Source: an uncultured Gemmatimonadales bacterium
GTDB lineage: Bacteria; Gemmatimonadota; Gemmatimonadetes; Longimicrobiales; RSA9
Length of the DNA stretch: 64,000 nucleotides
Direction of reading: 5' to 3'
NCBI GenBank assembly: GCA_963798085.1
Contig: CAWCRS010000005.1
Span: 608,001-672,000 of the forward strand
The notes below the pieces were generated by a model that worked only from the letters and a program-made list of their open reading frames with translations, had not been told where the DNA came from and did not search any database. The position numbers were made by a program, and so were the translations under genes. How positions within the stretch are numbered: the stretch's first letter is position 1; the number at the start of each line of letters is the position of its first letter. This document shows positions 1 through 8,780 of the stretch, in pieces.

Positions 1-12
1 CCGGGGAGCCGC

Positions 13-41
13 AAAAAGGGACGCCCCTTCAGGGCGTCCCT
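13..41 (-). terminator. Rho-independent terminator downstream of the PadR gene
   Basis: Perfect 10-bp stem AGGGACGCCC/GGGCGTCCCT (17-26/32-41) next to an A run at 13-17, which is a U tract on the minus strand. Confidence 0.75.
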
Positions 42-79
42 CGTGCATGCATTCCGCGACGGTCTCGAGGCTGGGCGTG

Positions 80-532
80 TCAGTGACGCCGGCCGCGCGC
101 GAGCAATCCCTTGGTCCGCGAAAGCGCGGCCAGATCGGCGACGCGTCGCGCCTCGACCCGCGCGACCGCCCGCCCGAAGGACGTGAGACGGTAATAGCGG
201 CGTCGCTCATCCGGTTTGTTGGGCCCCCGCTCCGATTCTTCGATCAGTCCGTCGTCGACCATGCGGCGGATGGCCGTGTAGAGTGTGCCCGTCCGCAGGC
301 GAACGGCGCCGTGCGTGGCCTGCTCCACGGACAGAATGATGCCGTAGCCGTGCAGCTCCTGATCCACCAGCGCAAGCAGGATGTGGAACACCGGCTCGGT
401 CAGTGGTAACAGTGCGTTAGGTTCCGGCGCTCGGCGCGTGCGCGTGCTCTGCTGATGAACCGGATGGCGACCCGTCTCCTTGCCGTTGCGTGCGCGGCGG
501 GCAATGCTGTCTGCTTCTATCGCGGTTTTCAT
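80..532 (-). CDS. PadR-family transcriptional regulator (start uncertain)
   Basis: Motifs FHILLAL..ELHGYGI, GTLYTAIRRM..DGLIEE and RRRYYRLT. ATG at 532 was chosen within the longer ORF 80..898. Confidence 0.85.
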   Translation of the reverse strand: MKTAIEADSIARRARNGKETGRHPVHQQSTRTRRAPEPNALLPLTEPVFHILLALVDQELHGYGIILSVEQATHGAVRLRTGTLYTAIRRMVDDGLIEESERGPNKPDERRRYYRLTSFGRAVARVEARRVADLAALSRTKGLLARGRRH

Positions 533-576
533 TCCCTCGTAATTCTCGCTCCGTTGGCTGCGGCGGGCCTCGTCTG

Positions 577-2373
577 CTACGCGTCGTGGACGCGATGGAA
601 GAGATCGACCACGCGTGGATCGAAGTGTGTGCCTGCCAGTGATTCGATGTGGTCGCGGGCATGATCGCGCGACCAGGCCTGCCGGTAGGGACGGTCGGAA
701 CGCAGCGCATCCCAGACATCGGCAACCGCGAAAATGCGCGCCGCCAGCGGGATCTGATCGCCGCGCAGGCCACGCGGATAGCCGCTGCCATCCCACTTCT
801 CGTGATGGCAGTATGGAATCTCCAGTGCCGGCCCGAGATAGGCGATGGGCGAGAGCAGCTCGTAGGCCAGCGCCGGATGACGGCGCATCACCGTCCATTC
901 CTCATCGTTGAGCGGGCCCGGCTTTAACAGAATGTTATCCGGTATCCCCATCTTGCCGATGTCGTGCAGCATGGCGCCCCGGCGGATGTGCTGCAGGTTC
1001 TCCGCATTGACGCCGCCCATGGCCTCGGCCAGGCGCATGGTCAACTCGGTGACGCGCCGCGTGTGCCCTTCCGTTTCCCGGTCGCGCAGGTCCAGTGCCC
1101 GCGACCAGCCCTCCAGCGTGCTGTCATAGGCGAGCAGCAGGCCGAGATTGGCGCGCTGCAGCTCGTCGAACAGCAGGGAGCTGTCGATAGCGATCGCGGT
1201 CTGACCAGCCAGCGCTTCGGCGCACTCGAACCACTCCGCATCCGTGTCCAGCACGTCGCGATGGAACACCTCGAGCACGCCCTTGACCTGGCCCTTGGCA
1301 ATCAGCGGCAAGCCGTGGTAGGCGACGAACTGCTCCGCTTCGAGCAATGCCGCGCGCTGCGTTTCCAGGATCGGCTCGCGCAGATTCGGCACGCTGATGA
1401 CCCGGCGCTCGCTGGCGGCGCGGCCTGGCTTGCCTTCGCCCAGGCGCTGCCGCGTCTGCTCGATCAGACCACTGCGGAAACCTCGCCCGGCGGCAAACGT
1501 CAGCGACTGCGAGCGAGGCTCCAGCAGCAGTACCGTGGCGGCATCGACACCCAGCTGCCGCGACACTTCCTCGAGAATCACGCCCAGCGTCACACGCAGG
1601 TCCGTGCTTCCCGCAATGGCGATGTCAATGTTGCGCAGTGCCTGCGTCAGACTCAGCCGGCGCTCGGCCCTGGCGAGCAGCCATGAGTTCGCCACGGCCT
1701 GCGTCGTCTGGTCGGCGATGCCGTACAGCACCTGGATCTGCTCGCTCGTGAATTCGCGCGGTTCGTCCAGCATCATCACCGCCATCATGCCGATCGTCCC
1801 GGTCCGGCTGCACAACCGCACGAGCACGAGGCTGCGCACGCCCAGTGCGCTGTAGACCTCACAATGGGGCACTTCGCTGGTGGCGACTTCGGGGACCGCA
1901 ATGACACGCTCATGGCGGAACAGGCTTTCGATTCGAGTACGCGACGTTGCCGGCCAGTGCTGGCGCACCGCCTCCGGCAGACCGTGCATGGCGGCCAGCG
2001 TCAGCCGGTTCCGGCCCGAATCCTCCAGGAAGATCGCGGCCGCACAGTTCACGGCGGCTGCGGTCTCCTCCACGGCGGCGGTCAGGATGGTCGCGAGATC
2101 CGCGGTGCCCGCCAGCCTCGACGCCACCCGCAGAAGCGGCCGGGCCGAGTCCGAACCCGCAGTCCGCGCCGCCGGGATGGTCTCTGCAGACGCGTGTTTC
2201 CGGACCGGGCGCAACAGCACCCAGGCCGTACCGCCGGTCAGGACGCTGGCAAGAAAGGCATACGCGAAGCTAATGGCGAGTCCCCGGCCCGGTAGCCAGC
2301 CAGTCTCTCGCGCCACCTCGAACGCCGCCAGCAGCGCGGCCGCCACCAATGCCACGGCCAGCAGGCGAGCCAT
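577..2373 (-). CDS. Membrane-anchored GAF-GAF-HD-GYP cyclic-di-GMP phosphodiesterase
   Basis: Two N-terminal TM segments, two GAF-like domains, and intact HDIGK and HHEKWDGSGYP motifs. Start taken at MARLLAV. Confidence 0.9.
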   Translation of the reverse strand: MARLLAVALVAAALLAAFEVARETGWLPGRGLAISFAYAFLASVLTGGTAWVLLRPVRKHASAETIPAARTAGSDSARPLLRVASRLAGTADLATILTAAVEETAAAVNCAAAIFLEDSGRNRLTLAAMHGLPEAVRQHWPATSRTRIESLFRHERVIAVPEVATSEVPHCEVYSALGVRSLVLVRLCSRTGTIGMMAVMMLDEPREFTSEQIQVLYGIADQTTQAVANSWLLARAERRLSLTQALRNIDIAIAGSTDLRVTLGVILEEVSRQLGVDAATVLLLEPRSQSLTFAAGRGFRSGLIEQTRQRLGEGKPGRAASERRVISVPNLREPILETQRAALLEAEQFVAYHGLPLIAKGQVKGVLEVFHRDVLDTDAEWFECAEALAGQTAIAIDSSLLFDELQRANLGLLLAYDSTLEGWSRALDLRDRETEGHTRRVTELTMRLAEAMGGVNAENLQHIRRGAMLHDIGKMGIPDNILLKPGPLNDEEWTVMRRHPALAYELLSPIAYLGPALEIPYCHHEKWDGSGYPRGLRGDQIPLAARIFAVADVWDALRSDRPYRQAWSRDHARDHIESLAGTHFDPRVVDLFHRVHDA

Positions 2374-2848
2374 ATCCGGCTCGGGCTGCTCCGCCGTCCC
2401 ACGGGTTGGCGTCACACCCAACCTGGCGAATGGGCTACTGGTCCACGCGGGCGAGCGCGACCACCCTGCATCGGCCCGCACCGGTGCCACCCCTCCCGCC
2501 GCAAGACTGGAGAGTTCGCGCCGACCATTCCCGGTGCCTTCTTCTCTTGTCGACTTCATTCTCCGCACGCCCGGCGATCCGACCGCGGCCGTGGTGCCGC
2601 GCGAGGCATGGAACCCCTGCCATCCCCTCCGTCCCCGCGCATCCGCACGCTCGGCCGTCCTGTCACCGGCCGGGGCGACTGTCAGCCAGACCCCCAGCTC
2701 GCCGGCGCCTCACGTGTGCATGGCTCAGGAACGTACCCAGCTTGTCCCGGCTGCACATGGGCAATCATCACCTATCTTCCGGCGACATAAATGGCGCCGG
2801 CGCCGCTGCGCCGGAAACCCGCGACAGCGCGCGAAGCTCGCGGAAACG

Positions 2849-2886
2849 CAAACGGGCGACGAAGGTGAACCACCCCTCGTCGCCCG
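2849..2886 (-). terminator. Hairpin/terminator after the ArsR-SRPBCC-DinB operon
   Basis: Stem CGGGCGACGA/TCGTCGCCCG (2853-2862/2877-2886) with an inner GGTG/CACC stem, followed by TTTGCGTTT on the minus strand. Confidence 0.6.
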
Positions 2887-2979
2887 GCTGTTTCGTGCGC
2901 CACCTGTGCCGCGCCCAGCCGACCTGCCGGATCCGCTGCGGCTGCGGCTGCGAACTTCCGCGTCAGCGCTGCGGTTCGG

Positions 2980-3492
2980 TCAGAACCACGGCTCATCCGC
3001 GGAAGGACCGTAGATCGATGGCACCTTGCCGCCCGACATGCGCAGGTACACCGAGAACTGGCCGCGGTGATGAATCATGTCGTGCATGATGAACCACAGG
3101 AACTGCATCTTCGGTATGTCACCCATGGTCTTCGGAGCCACGAAGAACCGTACGCTCGTGTTAGCCAGTTCCTCCTCGGGAGTCTGCTCCACGAGCTCGC
3201 GCAACCGGGTTGCGCCCTGCTCGAAGGCGCCGATCACTTCGGGCATGGTGGCCGGCACCGGCGGCAGGTCCATGGGCATCTTCAGCTCGTTGCGCAGCAC
3301 CAGCATCGCCAGCCCCGGCTCGACCGCGAACATGTACGCCAGCTCCCGTGCCGTTCTGGCCCGCTCGTGCGGCCGCAGCTCGCTGTGCTCTGCGGGGTAC
3401 GCCTTCAGCACCTTCAGCGTGGTCGCAAATTCACGATCCAGCGCATCGAGGTACTGCTGCTTCATGGTCGGAATCGTGGCGGTACTCGACAT
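2980..3492 (-). CDS. DinB/YfiT-family protein
   Basis: RTARELA and HDMIHHRGQFSVYLR..GGKVPSIYGPSADE motifs; GAGGAGG RBS. Confidence 0.9.
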   Translation of the reverse strand: MSSTATIPTMKQQYLDALDREFATTLKVLKAYPAEHSELRPHERARTARELAYMFAVEPGLAMLVLRNELKMPMDLPPVPATMPEVIGAFEQGATRLRELVEQTPEEELANTSVRFFVAPKTMGDIPKMQFLWFIMHDMIHHRGQFSVYLRMSGGKVPSIYGPSADEPWF

Positions 3493-3546
3493 GCGACATC
3501 CTCCTCGTTGTGGTCCTTTCCTGCGGCCGTCACCCCATCGGGGCGG

Positions 3547-3990
3547 TCACAAACACGCTGTCAGCTTGTCCAGCGTCGACTCCCAGCCCTGCTCGTGGCC
3601 GGTCTGCTGCACGCCGTTCTGAAAACCCTCGTGCGTCAGCAGCAGCTCGGTCTCCCCCTCATGCTCGCTCAGTTCCACGGTGACCAGCGTCTCGCGCTCC
3701 ACTGGCTCATGCTCCCATTGCCAGGTGAAGACGATGCGTGCGGGCGGCTCGATTTCGCGATACTCGCCGTGCAGCCGGTATTCCGTGCCGTCGGGCGCCT
3801 GCATGTGAATGCGATACCCGCCGCCCACGCGCAGATCCACCTGCGCAAGTGTCACACGGGCGGGTCCGGGCGCCTTCCACTGTCTCAGCTGTTCCGCTTC
3901 CGTCCAGGCCCGGAAGACTTTTTCGCGCGTCGCCTTGAAGCGCCGCCGGATGCGGAGCGCGACCCGCTCGTCCTGCCTTCCTTCCGCCAT
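3547..3990 (-). CDS. SRPBCC/AHSA1 (START-like) domain protein
   Basis: RRFKATREKVFRAWT, DLRVGGGYRI, GEYREIEPPARIVFTWQW and GWESTLDKL; GGAGG before the ATG at 3990. Confidence 0.9.
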   Translation of the reverse strand: MAEGRQDERVALRIRRRFKATREKVFRAWTEAEQLRQWKAPGPARVTLAQVDLRVGGGYRIHMQAPDGTEYRLHGEYREIEPPARIVFTWQWEHEPVERETLVTVELSEHEGETELLLTHEGFQNGVQQTGHEQGWESTLDKLTACL

Positions 3991-4328
3991 TTCTGCGCCT
4001 CCGCCGCGTCCGCTTCCAGGAAATCCGACAGACGATCGAGACTCGCGTTCCAGAAGGACGCATACCGCGCCAGCCACTGCGCCGCTTCCTGCAGCGGCGT
4101 CGCCTCCAGCCGGCAGCGCCGCACCCGCCCTGCCCGCTGAATCCTCGCCAGACCGGCCCGCTCGAGCACGCGTACGTGCTTCGACACCGCCGGCAGTGTC
4201 ATCGAGAAACCGCCCGCGAGCTCGCTGATGCTGCGCTCGCCTGCGGTCAGCTGCTCGAGGATCGCGCGCCGCGTGGGGTCGGCCAGCGCGCGGAACGCAG
4301 CGTCCAGTTGCGGGCCAAAGTAAACCAT
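3885..4328 (-). CDS. ArsR/SmtB-family transcriptional regulator
   Basis: FRALADPTRRAIL..ELA..PAVSKHVRVLERAGL; the 3' tail overlaps the SRPBCC gene. Confidence 0.9.
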   Translation of the reverse strand: MVYFGPQLDAAFRALADPTRRAILEQLTAGERSISELAGGFSMTLPAVSKHVRVLERAGLARIQRAGRVRRCRLEATPLQEAAQWLARYASFWNASLDRLSDFLEADAAEAQKWRKEGRTSGSRSASGGASRRRAKKSSGPGRKRNS

Positions 4329-4364
4329 ATGGTTTACTATTCACCCGCAGAACCCGCCTGTCAA
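4320..4364 (-). promoter_or_regulatory. Sigma70-like promoter plus 18-bp palindromic operator over the ArsR start codon
   Basis: TTGACA-17nt-AATAGT on the minus strand; perfect palindrome GTAAACCATATGGTTTAC at 4320-4337. Confidence 0.75.
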
Positions 4365-4382
4365 GCACCGCCCGCGTGGATT

Positions 4383-5357
4383 TCAGTCCGCGGCGCGCGG
4401 ACCGCCGCCGGCGGCCGCGTGGGCGGTGGCTTCCTTGGGGGCAGGATGGCGCAGCGAAGCGATCACGACGATGAGCAGAATGGAGCCGATGACGGCGAAG
4501 GAGAGACCGATCGGGATGTCGATGAAGCCGGAGAGCAGCATCTTGGCGCCGACGAAGGAAAGCACGGCAGCGAGTCCCGCTCGCAGGTAGCGAAGGCCGG
4601 CCACGGCGCGCGCCAGCACGAAGTAGAGCGCCCGCAGACCGAGCACGGCGCAGACGTTCGAGCTGTAGACGAGGAATGGATCGGTGGTGACACCGAAGGC
4701 GGCCGGAATGGAATCGAGAGCGAAGACCAGGTCTGTCGTCTCCACCAGAATCAGGACGACGAGGAGCTGTGTGGCGGCCCAGCCGGCGATGTTCTTCGTG
4801 TTGCTGCGCACGAAGAAGCGTCCGCCATGGTCGCCCGGCACCACGGGCAGCAGGCGCCTGGCCACGCGCAGCACAGGCAGGTCCGATGGATCCAGCAGCT
4901 CATCGTCCTTGGAGCGGAGCAGACGCAACCCGGCAAGGACGAGGAACGCGCCGAACGCGTAGATCATCCAGTGCAGGGTCTGGATCAGGTAAACACCCGC
5001 GCCGATGACGGTGCCGCGCAGGACGAGAGCACCGAGAACGCCCCAGAACAGGATCCGGTGCTGATACGCGCGGCGCACGGAGAACGCCGTGAAGATCAGG
5101 AAGAATACGAACAGGTTGTCGACGGAGAGCGCCTTCTCGATGAGATAGGCGGCCATGAACTCGAGGCCCGCCGTGGAACCGAGACGCTTGAAGATGACGA
5201 AGGCGAAGGCGAGGGAGACGAAGATCCAGAGGAGGCTCCAGCCGACCGCCTCCGCGAATGTGCTCTCCCGAGCGCGTCGGTGAAAGACACCCAGGTCGAG
5301 GAGCATCATGCCGGCCACGATGAGGCCGAACCCGACCCAGAGTGTCAGTCGATCCAT
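4383..5357 (-). CDS. terC: TerC/Alx-family membrane protein
   Basis: YLIEKALSVDNLFVF, QHRILFWGVLGALVLRG and ETTDLVFALDSIPA motifs. Confidence 0.93.
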   Translation of the reverse strand: MDRLTLWVGFGLIVAGMMLLDLGVFHRRARESTFAEAVGWSLLWIFVSLAFAFVIFKRLGSTAGLEFMAAYLIEKALSVDNLFVFFLIFTAFSVRRAYQHRILFWGVLGALVLRGTVIGAGVYLIQTLHWMIYAFGAFLVLAGLRLLRSKDDELLDPSDLPVLRVARRLLPVVPGDHGGRFFVRSNTKNIAGWAATQLLVVLILVETTDLVFALDSIPAAFGVTTDPFLVYSSNVCAVLGLRALYFVLARAVAGLRYLRAGLAAVLSFVGAKMLLSGFIDIPIGLSFAVIGSILLIVVIASLRHPAPKEATAHAAAGGGPRAAD

Positions 5358-5842
5358 CAGCGAATTCGATCCGGGCCGAACACGCGACGTGCGACATCAC
5401 GGTCCGCGCCGCCTCGGGCGTCGGATCGTGACCAGAGCAACGTCACTCGCGGCAGCTGCTTCATGCGGTCTCCGCTTCCCAGGGCACGCTCTCCGGGATC
5501 GCCGACCTTCTCGAACAGACGTAGTGGATCGCACGCTGCTGGCAGCGGCCCATCCACGGGGTCCCGCACCGGACTGCCCTGCGGGCGTGTCGAGCGCGGC
5601 GCGTCAGACGTCTGTGGCGTCGATACGATTCATGGCTGGCTGCACTGCGGGGTGACCCGTACGTGCACCCCCGTCGCGCGAACGACCGGGGCTGGAACGA
5701 CATCCGCCTGGGCAGAAAAGAGCAACCGAGCCTCGCTGTGCTCGGACACGGGATCACCTTCGAGACGCTGCGCAGCGCACGCCTTCCCAAGTTCGAACCG
5801 GAGGCGGATGGTGGCAAGTCCCCCGTGGCGGGGCGCCCGGAC

Positions 5843-7222
5843 TCAGCCGTACAGATCGGCGTGCCGGAAGTGGCGGCTCAGCCAGAGTCGCCAGCCTGCC
5901 TGCACGGCGAGCGTGATGAACAGCAGGATGCCGACAGCCAGCGCGGGTGTCACGGCCGGCGAATGTCCCGCGAGAACGCGCACGACATGGAAGGTGGCAC
6001 TCGTGGCAATCGCGAAGGCCAGCGCCGTGCCCCCCCATGTGAGCAGGACGTGGCCGGACTGATGTTCGACCCATCTGGGACCGCGGCGCACGCTGAAGGC
6101 CTGCAGGATCGGCGCCCACGCCAGCACGGCAAGGGGCATCAGCGCGAGCGCTCCCCGAGCCGGCAGATGACTCAGGCTGAAAGACACTTGCACGACATGC
6201 AACAGCAGCACCCCGGCGCCGAGCACCGCGGCCACCTGCAGGTTGTCGAGGAGGCTGGACGCCCACGTCACGCGAGCGCGGTCGCCGCGCGACAGCGGGT
6301 ACGGCACGGGCAGCAGCGGGCCGGGCGTGAGCGTGTGGGCCATGCCCGCGATGACGACCCAGACTTCGCCGCCACCCGACGTACCCATGAACAGGAGCAT
6401 CAGGCTGCCCACCGCGAGCATTAACGCGCGGTTAGTCCAGGCGCCGCCCCGCACACCCCCGAAGCGTTCCAGCCGCAGCGCATGCACCCAGGCCAGTGTG
6501 CCGGCCCCGGAACTGGAAGTCAGCCGGCGATACGGGGTCTGCTTCCCGTCCCTCGCCTCGGGAGCGCCATCCCCTGTCGACGCGAACCAGCCCCGCCATG
6601 GCGGCAGCAGCAGCCGCGTGCGCCGCGCGCCTCTGCCATAGCTGAGCGGGAGGAGCAGCAGTCCCACGGGCAGCGCCGCCAGGGCAGCCGTCTCATGACG
6701 CACTACCGCGGCCAGCAGATCATCGGCGCGCAGCCAGCCGGCAGCCCCCACCAGGGGTCCCACCCACAGAGCCCCGCGCGTCGCCACCCGATCGAAGAGC
6801 GAGAATGCCGCGCAGAAGACCAGAACGTCGAATGCCAGGATCGCTCCGGCCGGACCTGCGCCCGCGGTGGCGGCAACCGCCACCGCAGGCAGCGATGCGA
6901 GCAGCGCCAGACCGGTGAGTGACAGCGCATGGACCGTGTACATGCCCGGCAGCATCCAGCCGAACAGCTTCGATTCCACATTGCGAACAGCCAGACCTGT
7001 GAACAGCCCCGCCACCGCCGGGAGCACGAACAGCGCGTCCGCCAGCGCCTGCGCCGAACCCGGGTCCGCGCTTCCTGTTCGCAGCGCTGCGAGCACCGCC
7101 CGCGGCCCGCCCGCCACCAGCAGACCTGGCGCCAATGCGAACACGGCGATGAGCAGCGCCCATGCCAGCAGCACGGGCCGCCACAACAGCCGGCAGAACG
7201 CTGACCACGGCAGCCGGCTCAC
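5843..7222 (-). CDS. Multi-pass membrane protein, putative ABC transporter permease
   Basis: Many hydrophobic segments; GTGA overlap with the upstream ABC ATPase. Confidence 0.7.
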   Translation of the reverse strand: MSRLPWSAFCRLLWRPVLLAWALLIAVFALAPGLLVAGGPRAVLAALRTGSADPGSAQALADALFVLPAVAGLFTGLAVRNVESKLFGWMLPGMYTVHALSLTGLALLASLPAVAVAATAGAGPAGAILAFDVLVFCAAFSLFDRVATRGALWVGPLVGAAGWLRADDLLAAVVRHETAALAALPVGLLLLPLSYGRGARRTRLLLPPWRGWFASTGDGAPEARDGKQTPYRRLTSSSGAGTLAWVHALRLERFGGVRGGAWTNRALMLAVGSLMLLFMGTSGGGEVWVVIAGMAHTLTPGPLLPVPYPLSRGDRARVTWASSLLDNLQVAAVLGAGVLLLHVVQVSFSLSHLPARGALALMPLAVLAWAPILQAFSVRRGPRWVEHQSGHVLLTWGGTALAFAIATSATFHVVRVLAGHSPAVTPALAVGILLFITLAVQAGWRLWLSRHFRHADLYG

Positions 7223-8130
7223 ACCGCACCCACAAGGTCGGGAAAGACGCGCTCCAGGTTCACGGCCCGCGTCTCGACGCCCGCGGCGTAGCGCACGCTG
7301 AACGCGCCGAGGTCGGGCGCCGCGTCGCGCACCAGGAGACGCGCGCGCTGACTCGTGACCTGCTGCGTCACCACGTACGCTTCATTGAAGCGAGCCGGCA
7401 GTGCTCCCGCCGGCGAGGTGACGACCCATTCCTCGTAGCGTTCGAGCAGCTCGTCCAGCGGCGCCCACGCGCAGAGGCGGCCGCGCTCCAGGCACACGAT
7501 GCGATCCACAATGGTCTCGATGTCGTGCAGCACGTGCGAAGAGATGACGACGGTAGTGCCTTCCTCGCGGATCAGCTCGAGCAGAAAACGCAGCATTTGG
7601 CTGCGCGCAATCGGATCGAGCGCGCTTATGGGCTCGTCCAGCAGCAGCAGTGCCGGGTGATGACACACCGCCGCAATGATCGCGAGCTTCTGGACATTGC
7701 CCGGCGACAGGGCCGCAACCCGCTGGCGCAGATCCAGCTCCAGCTCATCGACCAGACGCTCTTCCAGGTCAGCATCCCAGCGTTCGTAGAACGAAGCGAT
7801 GTAGCGCAGCTGTTGCTGCACCCGCATCCATTGCAGGAAGCGACCCTCCTGGTGCACGACACCGATGCGCGCCAGCTCCGCCGCGCCCAGATCTGCCGTC
7901 GCGCAACCGAACGTGCGGCACCAACCGGCGGTGGGCAGCTGCAGCCCGATCACGTGACGCAGCAGCGTCGTCTTGCCACTGCCGTTCTTTCCGATCAGCC
8001 CAACCACAGCGCCAGCCGGCAGTGCAAGGTCGACATCCACCAGCGCGTCCGTGCTGCCGAACCGCTTCGTCAGACCCCTCGCCTCGAACACGATTCCGCC
8101 TGCGCCAACCCCAACCGCCGATTGCATCAC
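7219..8130 (-). CDS. ABC transporter ATP-binding protein (YtrB-like)
   Basis: Walker A GKNGSGKTT, signature LSPGN, Walker B LLLLDEP and the SSH switch. Confidence 0.95.
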   Translation of the reverse strand: MMQSAVGVGAGGIVFEARGLTKRFGSTDALVDVDLALPAGAVVGLIGKNGSGKTTLLRHVIGLQLPTAGWCRTFGCATADLGAAELARIGVVHQEGRFLQWMRVQQQLRYIASFYERWDADLEERLVDELELDLRQRVAALSPGNVQKLAIIAAVCHHPALLLLDEPISALDPIARSQMLRFLLELIREEGTTVVISSHVLHDIETIVDRIVCLERGRLCAWAPLDELLERYEEWVVTSPAGALPARFNEAYVVTQQVTSQRARLLVRDAAPDLGAFSVRYAAGVETRAVNLERVFPDLVGAV

Positions 8131-8516
8131 GCACGCCTCCTGCTGTCTCCGGCCAGCATCTCGCGGAACACATCCACCGCCTCCGCATTGCTCATTCCCA
8201 GCTGCTTTGCCATGGCCACGCTGGGCGCCAGACTGCGGCGCAGCCGCTCGCCGCGCGCCAGGCGAGTGTGCGCCGCGCTCAGGCCGCGCACCACGAGCGG
8301 TCGCCCCGGCCGCCGCTCCACCACACCCTCCCGCTCCAGCAGCGCGTACGCCTTGCTCACCGTCATCGGATTGACGTTCAGCTCGCCCGACAGCGCGCGT
8401 GTCGACGGCAGCGCATCGCCCGCCGCCAGCAGCCCGCTCGCCACATGGAAGCGGATCTGCTCCATGAGCTGGCGATACACGGGCACGCCACTGTGTGTGT
8501 CGACGACAATGAGCAT
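8127..8516 (-). CDS. GntR-family regulator, YtrA subfamily
   Basis: PVYRQL..QI, LPSTRALS..LNVNPMTVSKAY; short C-terminus; first gene of the ABC operon. Confidence 0.92.
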   Translation of the reverse strand: MLIVVDTHSGVPVYRQLMEQIRFHVASGLLAAGDALPSTRALSGELNVNPMTVSKAYALLEREGVVERRPGRPLVVRGLSAAHTRLARGERLRRSLAPSVAMAKQLGMSNAEAVDVFREMLAGDSRRRA

Positions 8517-8554
8517 GAGTGCGGTGTGTGTGTGTCTGGTGCGTTAGCGCATTG

Positions 8555-8576
8555 GTGTATTAGTTCACCAATACAC
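8555..8576. promoter_or_regulatory. YtrA-type inverted-repeat operator
   Basis: GTGTATT-N8-AATACAC directly upstream of the GntR gene; a weaker second copy lies at about 8532-8552. Confidence 0.7.
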
Positions 8577-8780
8577 TACACGATGGACCCGGCGGGCCGG
8601 TGGATCAAGGGGTCTGGGGTGAAACGTGAAGCGCGCGACGGCTGGGGGCGCGGCGCGCCTGCGCGCAGCTACTGGCCGGCGCCCAGCTTCTCGTAGAACT
8701 GTCGCTGCTCGAGCAGACGATCCTGGGTGCGGCGCATGGCGCCCAGCTCGTCCTCAATGAGGTCGAGGCGGCGTACGGCT

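Noticed and set aside
455..664. 69-aa plus-strand ORF with hydrophobic segments
   Set aside because: It overlaps two well-supported minus-strand genes and has no RBS.
2374..2850. Possible c-di-GMP riboswitch upstream of the HD-GYP gene
   Set aside because: I could not find the class I or class II consensus; only a terminator-like hairpin is evident nearby.
5358..5842. yybP-ykoY manganese riboswitch before terC
   Set aside because: The characteristic GGGGAGUA-type element is not present on the minus strand.
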